Shown here: positions 1-7,103 of the stretch, in pieces
Numbering within the stretch: the first letter of the stretch is position 1
Layout: each line of letters starts with the position of its first letter
Assembly: GCA_020860865.1 (NCBI GenBank)
Contig: JAJBTL010000284.1
Span: forward strand, 1-27,049
Origin: Planctomycetota bacterium
Lineage (GTDB): Bacteria > Planctomycetota > SZUA-567
Direction of reading: 5' to 3'
DNA: 27,049 nucleotides
The notes under the pieces: generated by a model
The model's database searches: none
Told to the model about the DNA's origin: nothing
The model's input: only the letters and a program-made list of their open reading frames with translations
Made by a program: the position numbers and the translations under genes

Positions 1-113
1 TCGCGTTCGGACGGCAAGCGATCGCCCGGCTGAAGCTTTCCACTACGGATAAGATCGGTAATCTGGTTGATGACTTGGGAGGCGACGGTGTTTTTGCTGA
101 TTCTCTTAAGCAT
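1..113 (-). CDS. GntR-family (FadR-type) transcriptional regulator, N-terminal fragment running off the window edge
   Basis: Not in the ORF track. Manual translation from ATG at 113: MLKRISKNTVASQVINQITDLIRSGKLQPGDRLPSER(E/D), the classic GntR wHTH start (I..G.L.PG.RLPSER). AGGA lies upstream. Confidence 0.9.
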   Translation of the reverse strand, partial: MLKRISKNTVASQVINQITDLIRSGKLQPGDRLPSER

Positions 114-299
114 GACGCCGGGCTTTCCTGTTTTGACAAGCGACCGAACTCTCTGGGATTTTTCAACCCGGAAACGGGAAGAAAAAAGTCGAATGGGAAA
201 GGCCGGAAACGTCGGGAAAGTGAAAGCGTCGGAAACGGGTCAGGCAAACAATACCAAAAATCCCTGAAACGTTTCGAGAATGGTAAACCGGATATTTAC

Positions 300-328
300 A
301 CTATACACCACGCCATACCGGTTGTCAA
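300..328 (-). promoter_or_regulatory. sigma70-type promoter for the GntR gene
   Basis: Minus strand reads TTGACA (328-323), 17 bp, TATAGT (305-300). Confidence 0.75.
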
Positions 329-342
329 GTGGTCTTACCACT
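328..342. promoter_or_regulatory. FadR/PdhR/LldR-type GntR operator
   Basis: Palindrome AGTGGT-CTT-ACCACT. The minus strand contains TGGTAAGACCA, matching the FadR-subfamily TNGT-N3-ACNA pattern, and the site abuts the -35 hexamer. Confidence 0.7.
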
Positions 343-377
343 ATTCCAAAAAAAAATGTCCAGAAAAAACACGTCAG

Positions 378-416
378 GAAAAAGAATCGGAGCGAAGCAT
401 ACCGCAGTACGCTCCG
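378..416 (-). terminator. possible intrinsic terminator after the permease gene
   Basis: CGGAGCG..CGCTCCG stem (388-394/410-416) followed on the minus strand by ATTCTTTTT. Confidence 0.4.
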
Positions 417-428
417 CCCCGAAGTCCA

Positions 429-2048
429 CTACCCCATTCGCCCGAACACCATGACGAGGACGCCGGTCGCCAGCGCGCAAAGGACCGCCACGCCAAGGAG
501 TTTCCGGATAATGGACCCTTCCTCGCCGACAATCCCGGCCGTCGTCGCGCCGAGCATGACCTTCGACGGCGATATCATGCAGCCAAGCGCGCCGCCGCTG
601 GTCTGGGCCGCCAGGATGACGGCGACATCGAACCCGGTCAGCGTCGCCGTCGCCGACTGGAACTGTCCGAACAGGATGTTAGAACTGACGTTCGACGACG
701 ACATGAAGGCGCCAAGGACGCCGACCAGCGGCGACAGGAACCCGTACCAGCTTCCCGTCGTGTCCGCCGCCGCCATGGCGAGGCCGTCTGTTTGCCCGCT
801 CCCGCCCATGACTTTGCTCATGCCGATAAGGAGAACGACGGAGAGGGACGCCGGCAGCGCCTTTTTCCAGGTCGACCGGAGGGCCGTGCCGACCGCCTTC
901 TCGTCCAGCATGCCCTTGGCCTGGTAATACAAACCGGCCACCAGGGCGGAAAGAAGGAGGAAAAACCCGGAATGGGTCAGCCAGGAAATGGGCGAATAAT
1001 TCGCCGATCCGTGACTGACAAACCCGAGGCCGGTTGTCGCGTCGCCAAAGGAAAACGACGTCGTAACGATCCCCGCGAGAAACGATTTTACCGGTCCAAT
1101 CAGAAGAACCGCCAGGGAGATAATGGTCAACGCATAATATGGCAGCATGGCCTGGTGCAATCCCATGCCGCCCGACGGCGCCGCGAGCGTCGTCGCCTCT
1201 TCACGGTGCGCCGTGTCCATTATCGGGCTGTCTATCCGCGTCTGGCCGTCCGAGTAGCGCCGGAGCCTGGACAGGACCAACGCCGCGCCAAGGGCCACCG
1301 TCGTCGGTATCACCGTCGCCAGGGACGGGAGGACGGCGGTGAGGGCGAGTTGCCCGCCACCCATGATAACGGTCAGGACGAGGAGCGCCGGCCAGCCGTG
1401 CCGGATGCCACGGAGGCCGCCGTAGAACCAGCAGATAAACACCCCGGCCATGAAGTTCATAACAAACAGGAACACCCCCGACCACAAGGCCGCCGCGAAC
1501 CACACCGACTCCGGCAGGGTCACCTGCTGGACAATGGCGTCCCAGGCCAGGCCGAGAGTGCCGAAGGTATTGCCCCAGGCATGGCCGAGAAGGGGAATCG
1601 TCACCGCCCAGAGGGGCTTGACGCCGATGGCGATAAGGAGCGGCGCTGTTACGGCAATCGGCACGCCGAAGCCTGACGGCCCCTGGAGAAAACTGGCAAA
1701 GCACCAGCCGAGCGCCAGGACCTGGAGGAGCGGGTCCGGGATGAGCCGCGTCACCTCCCGGCGAATAGCCGGGAAGGCCCCGGCCTGGAGGCTGATTTCA
1801 TAAATAAGGATGGCCGGGAAGATGACGATGATGATGGAAACGCTGTTCCACACACCTTTCAACGTCTCGGTGCCGATCTGTCCGCCCGAGGTTTTGTAGA
1901 ACGCAAACGCCACCACCGCCGCCACAAGAAACCCGGCGACGGAGGCGCGGACCGCCGTCCACTTCAGCCCGACAAGGAGGACAAGGAGGACGGCGATGGG
2001 GATAAGGGCCGAAGCGGCCAGGGCAAAGGTCGGTGATAACGTGGCCAC
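429..2048 (-). CDS. lctP: L-lactate/glycolate permease family transporter (LctP), ~539 aa
   Basis: Polytopic membrane protein with LctP motifs (FASFLQGPSGFGVPIAVTAPLL, GHAWGNTFGTLG, GAFMSSSNVSSNILFG, AAQTSGGALGCMISP). GTG 2048 has GGAG 9 nt upstream; TTG 2063 is the alternative start. Confidence 0.88.
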   Translation of the reverse strand: MATLSPTFALAASALIPIAVLLVLLVGLKWTAVRASVAGFLVAAVVAFAFYKTSGGQIGTETLKGVWNSVSIIIVIFPAILIYEISLQAGAFPAIRREVTRLIPDPLLQVLALGWCFASFLQGPSGFGVPIAVTAPLLIAIGVKPLWAVTIPLLGHAWGNTFGTLGLAWDAIVQQVTLPESVWFAAALWSGVFLFVMNFMAGVFICWFYGGLRGIRHGWPALLVLTVIMGGGQLALTAVLPSLATVIPTTVALGAALVLSRLRRYSDGQTRIDSPIMDTAHREEATTLAAPSGGMGLHQAMLPYYALTIISLAVLLIGPVKSFLAGIVTTSFSFGDATTGLGFVSHGSANYSPISWLTHSGFFLLLSALVAGLYYQAKGMLDEKAVGTALRSTWKKALPASLSVVLLIGMSKVMGGSGQTDGLAMAAADTTGSWYGFLSPLVGVLGAFMSSSNVSSNILFGQFQSATATLTGFDVAVILAAQTSGGALGCMISPSKVMLGATTAGIVGEEGSIIRKLLGVAVLCALATGVLVMVFGRMG

Positions 2049-2134
2049 AGGGTAATGCTCCAATCAAAATAACGAACGACGTGACGCCGGGACAATGGCC
2101 GCACGAATGAAGGCGGCCTGTTCACCCCGGACCC

Positions 2135-3559
2135 CTACCCGAGATATTTCTTCGAAAACGCCAACAGCGCTTTTTCCATAATATCCATGGGCGGCGTCAC
2201 AATGCCAGCCCCGACCTGGCCGATGCCGGCGAGACGGTGAGCGACGCCGGTGTTGATGACAGGGAGGATGCCGCTCGCCACCACCTGGCGGATGTCGATG
2301 GCGGAGGCGGTGCCGGTGAAATTCATGTTCGGGATAGGCAGGTCCGGGTTTTCCCCGACGCAGATCTGCCGCATCGAATCGGTATAGCGGATGGCGTCGG
2401 CCGTGCTGCCGGCGCCGACGAAGCGGACCACCGCCGGAGCCGAACCCATGGCGAAGCCGCCGATGCCGTAACATTCGACAATGGCCGAGTCGCCCATGTC
2501 CGGGTTGGCGTCGGCTTCGGTGTAACCGGGGAAATAGAGGGCCTGCGGCTTGAGGCAGGGCGCCTGGAACCACTCGCCGTCGAGTCCGGAGACGTTGATG
2601 CCGAAGTTGACGCCGTTCCGGCTCATCGCCGTGACGACGGTGCTGTAGGGTATGCCCCGGCACGGATCCATCACCGCCTTGCAGGCGGCCATGGCGAGGT
2701 TGAGGAAAAACTGCTCGTTCTTGCCGGCGAGGAACTCGACCGCCTTCCGGCCGTCCGGGCTGTCCTTGACAGCATCGAGGAACGGACCGGCGATGGCCTT
2801 GTGGAAATTGAGGCTGGCCGCGACATTCCGCTGGTGCATTTCGTCGCCCATGGCGAGGGACTGCGACATGATGTTCTTCAGGTTAACGCCGCCCGCTTCG
2901 ACGACGGCGGCGTCGAGGGCGGGAGCGAGGACCGTTTCCAGCCACTTCAGGTTGGCGACGACGGAGGCGTCGTTGGCTCCGAAGCGCATGACCTTGCCAA
3001 TGCCTTCATTGATGGTGCAGAAGGCGGTGTTGCCGAATTCTTCATTCTCCACGACGAAGACCGGCATAGAGTACGAAATCATCCCGGTCATCGGTCCGAC
3101 CGCGCCCTGGTGATGGTTGGGGGAATATTTAATCTTCCCGTCCGCCATCATCTTTTCCGCTTCTTCGTCCGTTTCGGCCAGGCCTTCGTATTTGATGGCG
3201 CCGATAAAGGCGCCCTGCATCGGGCCGCACATGTCTTCCCAGCGGATGGGCGGACCGGCGTGAAAAATAGTATGCTTATCCATACCGCCGATAACCTCGT
3301 GGGCGGGGCGGACACGTTTGAGCACAGGAAGTCCCCGCCGCAAGCGGGCGAGCGCTTCGGCATTGGCGGTATCGATAAGCGAATTTCCGTCTTCGTCCAG
3401 GAGACCGGTTTCAAGGCGGAACAACTGCTCCACCATCGCGGTGTTGCCGCCGGCTGGCGGCGTCCAGTCGAGGCGGACGAAGGGTGTGTCGGTTTCCGAA
3501 AGGGCGGCGTCGAACACATCCACGCCGACCGCGACCACTTGTATGTTTTCTTTGGACAT
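2135..3559 (-). CDS. DUF1116 family protein (YlbE/AllG- and YahG-like), ~474 aa
   Basis: Motifs HAGPP, NEGIGKVMRFGA, MGDEMHQRN, QFFLNLAMA, ANPDMGDSAI, INTGVAH, GQVGAG, plus an N-terminal DWTPPAGGN module. ATG 3559 has GGAG 7 nt upstream. Confidence 0.9.
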   Translation of the reverse strand: MSKENIQVVAVGVDVFDAALSETDTPFVRLDWTPPAGGNTAMVEQLFRLETGLLDEDGNSLIDTANAEALARLRRGLPVLKRVRPAHEVIGGMDKHTIFHAGPPIRWEDMCGPMQGAFIGAIKYEGLAETDEEAEKMMADGKIKYSPNHHQGAVGPMTGMISYSMPVFVVENEEFGNTAFCTINEGIGKVMRFGANDASVVANLKWLETVLAPALDAAVVEAGGVNLKNIMSQSLAMGDEMHQRNVAASLNFHKAIAGPFLDAVKDSPDGRKAVEFLAGKNEQFFLNLAMAACKAVMDPCRGIPYSTVVTAMSRNGVNFGINVSGLDGEWFQAPCLKPQALYFPGYTEADANPDMGDSAIVECYGIGGFAMGSAPAVVRFVGAGSTADAIRYTDSMRQICVGENPDLPIPNMNFTGTASAIDIRQVVASGILPVINTGVAHRLAGIGQVGAGIVTPPMDIMEKALLAFSKKYLG

Positions 3560-3611
3560 GACTGTCTCCAGGCTGAAAGGCATTTTTAATAACACGGACA
3601 CGCACGGAACG

Positions 3612-3651
3612 AAAACCGGACGGGCCGCATGGGAGCGCTGCCGTCGCCGGT
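3612..3651 (-). terminator. terminator-like hairpin between fdrA and DUF1116
   Basis: Minus strand: ACCGG-C-GACGG...CCGTC-CGGT stem followed by TTTTCGTT. Confidence 0.35.
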
Positions 3652-3658
3652 TGTACCG

Positions 3659-5179
3659 TTACCGGGCCAGGGCGTCGGCGGCATAGCTCGCCGCGATGGC
3701 GTTGGTTGCCAGAACGACGATACCGGCGTCCCGGAGTTTTTTCACCTCTTCCTTCCGGCTTGGCCGGTCCTTGTCCGTGCCGCAGACCGAGGCGACGACG
3801 AGCTTATTCCGGCTCTCGCCGTTCGACTGCGTGGCGGCCCGCTCCAGCGCTTCGATTGCGAGATCGGCCTGGGCCGGATGCGATCCGTAGCCGATGACCA
3901 TGTCCATAAGGACGACGCCGACGTGGGGGTTACACAGGGCATCGACGAGCCGGTCCATCTTGAGATCCGGCGCCATCATCGGGTGCGGGCGGCCGACGGT
4001 GAATTCGTCCTCGCCGAGATCCCAGAAGACGTGGCCGTCGAAAGAATCCTTGCCTGTAATCTTTTCATAGCCGGGGACGGACAGGTTGGTCGCCTTCGGG
4101 CCGGAAAGTTTTTTCCCGCACAGCACCGCCGCTTCCTGGGCCAAGGTGCCGCCGCCGAAAATGCCGACTAGGTAACCGGAGCGCTTGCCCGCGTCGGGTG
4201 CCGACGCGTTGTCGTCGAGGGCGGCGTCCTTGTTGAAGTGCTTGGCAACAGCCAGGGACAGTTCGGTCAGGTCCAGGCCGGACACGATCCCGGCCGCTGT
4301 TTCAGGGGCGTAGTCGTCGGCGCCGACGTAGTGGACGAAAACCGGTTTCCCGAGGGTCTTGACTCGTTCGAGGATTTTCGCCCGGGTCGCCTTTCCCGGA
4401 GGTTTCCCGAGGATGACAATGGCCTTGACGTCGTCGTCCTTCGCCAGGCGTTCAAGAGCGACAAAACAGGACAGCCCGCCGATGTCGTCCTTGAGGTCGC
4501 GGCCGCCGATGCCGTAGGCCTGGTTGATGCCGACGCCGAGGCGGTCGAGGAGGCAGGTCACTTCCTGAAGGCCGGTGCCGGAAGCGCCGATGATGCCGAC
4601 CGGACCGGGCCGGACGACGTTGGCGAAGGCGAGCGGGACGCCGTCAATAATGGCGGTGCCGCAGTCCGGGCCCATGACGATGAGGCCTTTTTTGACTGCC
4701 ATCGATTTGAGGGCCAGTTCGTCGGCGAGGGAAATATTGTCGCTGTAGAGCATGACGTCCATGTTGCTGGCGAGGGCCTCGGCCGCTTCATAGCGGGCGT
4801 AGTCGCCGGCGACGGAGATGAGGGCGAGGTTGAACTTGCCGTTTTTCCGCGCCGCCTGGCGGACGGTGTGGAGGTTTTCGTCTCGTTCGTCCGCCGCGTC
4901 GCCGCTGGGCGATTCGTCCAGCATGCGGTTGACCACCGCTTCGGCGGCGGCAATCTGGGCGTCGTCGCCCTCGATGGCGATGGCGAGGTCGTTGGCTTTC
5001 GCGGAGGCGATGTCCGGCGTCATCAGGCCGGAGTCGGTGAACAGTTCCTTGTTCCTGTCTGTCGCCATCATGGCGGAGACGGTGGCGGCGCCACTCTCCC
5101 TGGCGGCTTGGGCGGACAATTTCATCAGGAAAATGGAATCGCGGTAGGTGTTGTTTCGGATCACGGCTCTATGGCTCAT
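3659..5179 (-). CDS. fdrA: FdrA/YahF family protein (succinyl-CoA synthetase alpha-like), 506 aa
   Basis: N-terminal YRDSIFLM, VMGPDCGTAII, GIIGASGTGLQE, GIGGRDL, GGTLAQEA, DLGEDEFTVGRPHPM, MDMVIGYGSH. RBS GAGGAG. Confidence 0.92.
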   Translation of the reverse strand: MSHRAVIRNNTYRDSIFLMKLSAQAARESGAATVSAMMATDRNKELFTDSGLMTPDIASAKANDLAIAIEGDDAQIAAAEAVVNRMLDESPSGDAADERDENLHTVRQAARKNGKFNLALISVAGDYARYEAAEALASNMDVMLYSDNISLADELALKSMAVKKGLIVMGPDCGTAIIDGVPLAFANVVRPGPVGIIGASGTGLQEVTCLLDRLGVGINQAYGIGGRDLKDDIGGLSCFVALERLAKDDDVKAIVILGKPPGKATRAKILERVKTLGKPVFVHYVGADDYAPETAAGIVSGLDLTELSLAVAKHFNKDAALDDNASAPDAGKRSGYLVGIFGGGTLAQEAAVLCGKKLSGPKATNLSVPGYEKITGKDSFDGHVFWDLGEDEFTVGRPHPMMAPDLKMDRLVDALCNPHVGVVLMDMVIGYGSHPAQADLAIEALERAATQSNGESRNKLVVASVCGTDKDRPSRKEEVKKLRDAGIVVLATNAIAASYAADALAR

Positions 5180-5243
5180 CTCTGCTCCTCTCGGAAAAGA
5201 CCTCGACGACGCACGTGTGTGGAACCAGGAGCGTCTGTGTATA

Positions 5244-5261
5244 TATTGCGCTCATGCAATA
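5244..5261. promoter_or_regulatory. palindromic operator candidate 1 (TATTGC-N6-GCAATA)
   Basis: Perfect 6+6 dyad lying just downstream of the predicted fdrA promoter. Shares ATATATTGC with the site at 5424. Confidence 0.55.
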
Positions 5262-5271
5262 CGGCGATATC

Positions 5272-5299
5272 TTTATAATAAATGCAATCACCGTGCCAA
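5272..5299 (-). promoter_or_regulatory. sigma70-type promoter candidate for the fdrA operon
   Basis: Minus strand TTGGCA (5299-5294), 16 bp, TATAAA (5277-5272). A second minus-strand TATAAT at 5344-5339 has a poor -35. Confidence 0.5.
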
Positions 5300-5423
5300 A
5301 TGCTATCGCAACGATGATATACCTCATGTTTATGCAGTATTATACCTAAAACCCAAATATACGGCAGTTAAACGCGAGATGGCACTGCCGCGACGTATTT
5401 CGATTCTGCCGTCACCAGAACGG

Positions 5424-5447
5424 ATATATTGCATTGGTGCCATATAT
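5424..5447. promoter_or_regulatory. palindromic operator candidate 2 (ATATATTGC-N6-GCCATATAT)
   Basis: Near-perfect 24-bp dyad with the same TATTGC-N6-GC(A/C)ATA geometry as 5244-5261. Confidence 0.55.
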
Positions 5448-5501
5448 AGTCTGTATGCCATAGTCCTGCATCCGTCGGGGGAAAACTTTTACCAAACCAC
5501 C

Positions 5502-5530
5502 TTGACTAAGATGGTTTAGCGGGGTACTAG
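5502..5530 (+). promoter_or_regulatory. promoter candidate for the rightward transcript
   Basis: TTGACT (5502-5507), 17 bp, TACTAG (5525-5530). The -10 is imperfect and is overlapped by the palindrome GTACTAGTAC (5524-5533). Confidence 0.4.
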
Positions 5531-5535
5531 TACAG

Positions 5536-5741
5536 TAGAGGGAGGTTAACAGATAACCGCTCACTGCGTCCGGCGTCATCCTTTCTCCGGCGGTAGTGGT
5601 AATCCTTGACCTCACTGCCAGGTACAGCAAGTTTGCGGTATGGGTTTCTCCGTAGGGGGCGAAGCTCAGAAATGTGGTATCGTACCTGGTGGTGGGTCAG
5701 GGATTACCCCTGTCGCCGCTGTCGCCTCCCCATCCCCTCTA
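5536..5741 (+). ncRNA. candidate structured RNA (leader/sRNA) or MITE, family unknown
   Basis: Stem 5588-5625/5682-5718 has 36 pairs, 5 of them G-U, with one bulge and one U-C mismatch. The ends pair as TAGAGGG (5536-5542)/CCCTCTA (5735-5741). Confidence 0.55.
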
Positions 5742-5832
5742 TACATATATATTCACCCCTTCGGGTTTACCCTTGGGAGATGGTCGGCTCCCGGGGCGTC
5801 TTTGGCGAATTAACGACTTCGAAAGGAAATCC

Positions 5833-7027
5833 ATGAAAATCACCAGTATCGACCTGATGGCCCTGGCGCCGGATCGCGGCAATGGCTCACGGCCGATCAT
5901 CTGCCGCATCAACACCGCCGGCGGCCTGTCCGGGTATGGTGAAGCCGGCATCGCCATCGGCACCGGCGCCCCGGCCTGTTTCGCCCTCCTGAAGGATTTC
6001 GCCCCGATGATCATCGGGATGGACGCCAACGCCAACGAGGTCATCTGGAAAAAAATCTTCAAAGCCTCGTTCTGGGGCGTCGGTAATGGCGGCGTCATTA
6101 TGTCCGCCCTGAGCGCCATCGACTGCGCCATCTGGGACTTGAAAGCCAAGGCCGCCAACCTTCCCCTCTACCAGCTCCTCGGCGGCAAGCAACGGGATAA
6201 ACTCTGGTGCTACGCGAGCCAGCTCCAGTTCGGCTGGGACACGGACAGCTTCAATCCGGCCCAGGCCGCCTCCGGCGATCCGTCCTTCTACGCCGACGCC
6301 GCCCGGAAGGCCCTTGCTCAAGGCTACACGGCGGTGAAGGCCAACTTCATCCGCTACGACGCCCAGGGGAAAATCCTCCCGCCCCAGGCGACCACCGGCC
6401 GCCTGTCCCGGGATCTGATGAAACTGGCTGAGGCCCGCATCGCCGCTGTCCGGGACGCTGTCGGCCCGGATGTGGAGGTCATTGCCGAAAACCACGCCAT
6501 GACCGACGCCGCCACCGCCATCCAGTTCGCCCGCATGGCCGAGCAGTTCGACATCATGTTCCTCGAGGAACCGACCATCCCGTTGAACCCGCCCGTTATG
6601 AAAAAAAATCGCCAACGGAGCTTCCATCCCCCTCGCCACCGGCGAACGGACCTACACCCGGTGGGGATTCCTGCCGTTCCAGCAAAGCGGCTGCCTCACC
6701 GTTATCCAGCCGGATATCGGCAATTGCGGCGGCATCACCGAAGGCAAGAAGATCTGCGACATGGCCCACATCTACGATGTCGGCGTCCAGACCCATGTCT
6801 GCTCCAGCCCGGTCAACCTCGCCGTGTCCATCCACCTCGAGGCCGCCATCCCCAACTTCACCATCCACGAACACCACATCGGCAGTACCCTGCCGTCCTG
6901 CGTGGAAATGGGGAAATACGATTACCAGCCGAAAAACGGCTATATGGAAATCCCGGAACTCCCGGGCATCGGCCAGGAGGTGTCGGAAATGGCCCTGAAA
7001 ACCGCCCACATCGAAACGATCAAGTAA
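5833..7027 (+). CDS. mandelate racemase/muconate lactonizing (enolase) superfamily enzyme, probable acid dehydratase; +1 frameshift at the A8 run 6601-6608 (~397 aa repaired)
   Basis: SAIDCAIWDLKAK, LLGG, YASQLQFGW, VKAN, AENH, FLEEP. After removing one A it continues KKIANGASIPLATGERTYTRWGF...QPDIGNCGGITEGKKI...THVCSSP...HEHH to TAA 7027. RBS AAAGGA. Confidence 0.88.
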
Positions 7028-7103
7028 TGACGGGCGGTGGTGTGTTGTGTGGTTCCGTTATTAATCCTAATCCGCTTTAAGATTTCCCGGGAGGACGTTC
7101 TCC

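Noticed and set aside
75-1676. Long antisense and alternate-frame ORFs (75-1676, 2237-3589, 4238-5278, 17760-18971, 18731-19954, 19858-21027 and similar)
   Set aside because: Shadow ORFs opposite well-supported genes. Arg/Gly/Ala-rich with no motifs, as expected from high-GC codon bias.
5640-5813. Small ORFs or a type I toxin within the structured spacer
   Set aside because: No short hydrophobic ORF with a properly spaced RBS and start. The AGGGAGG at 5539-5545 is not followed by a start codon.
5536-5830. Moco riboswitch or 6S RNA identity for the long hairpin
   Set aside because: Scattered words (TATGG, GCCTCCC, GAAAGG) have the wrong spacing for the Moco motif. The central unpaired region is one-sided (about 35 nt versus about 0) and the closing stem is short, unlike 6S. 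Only an Infernal search can exclude these fully.
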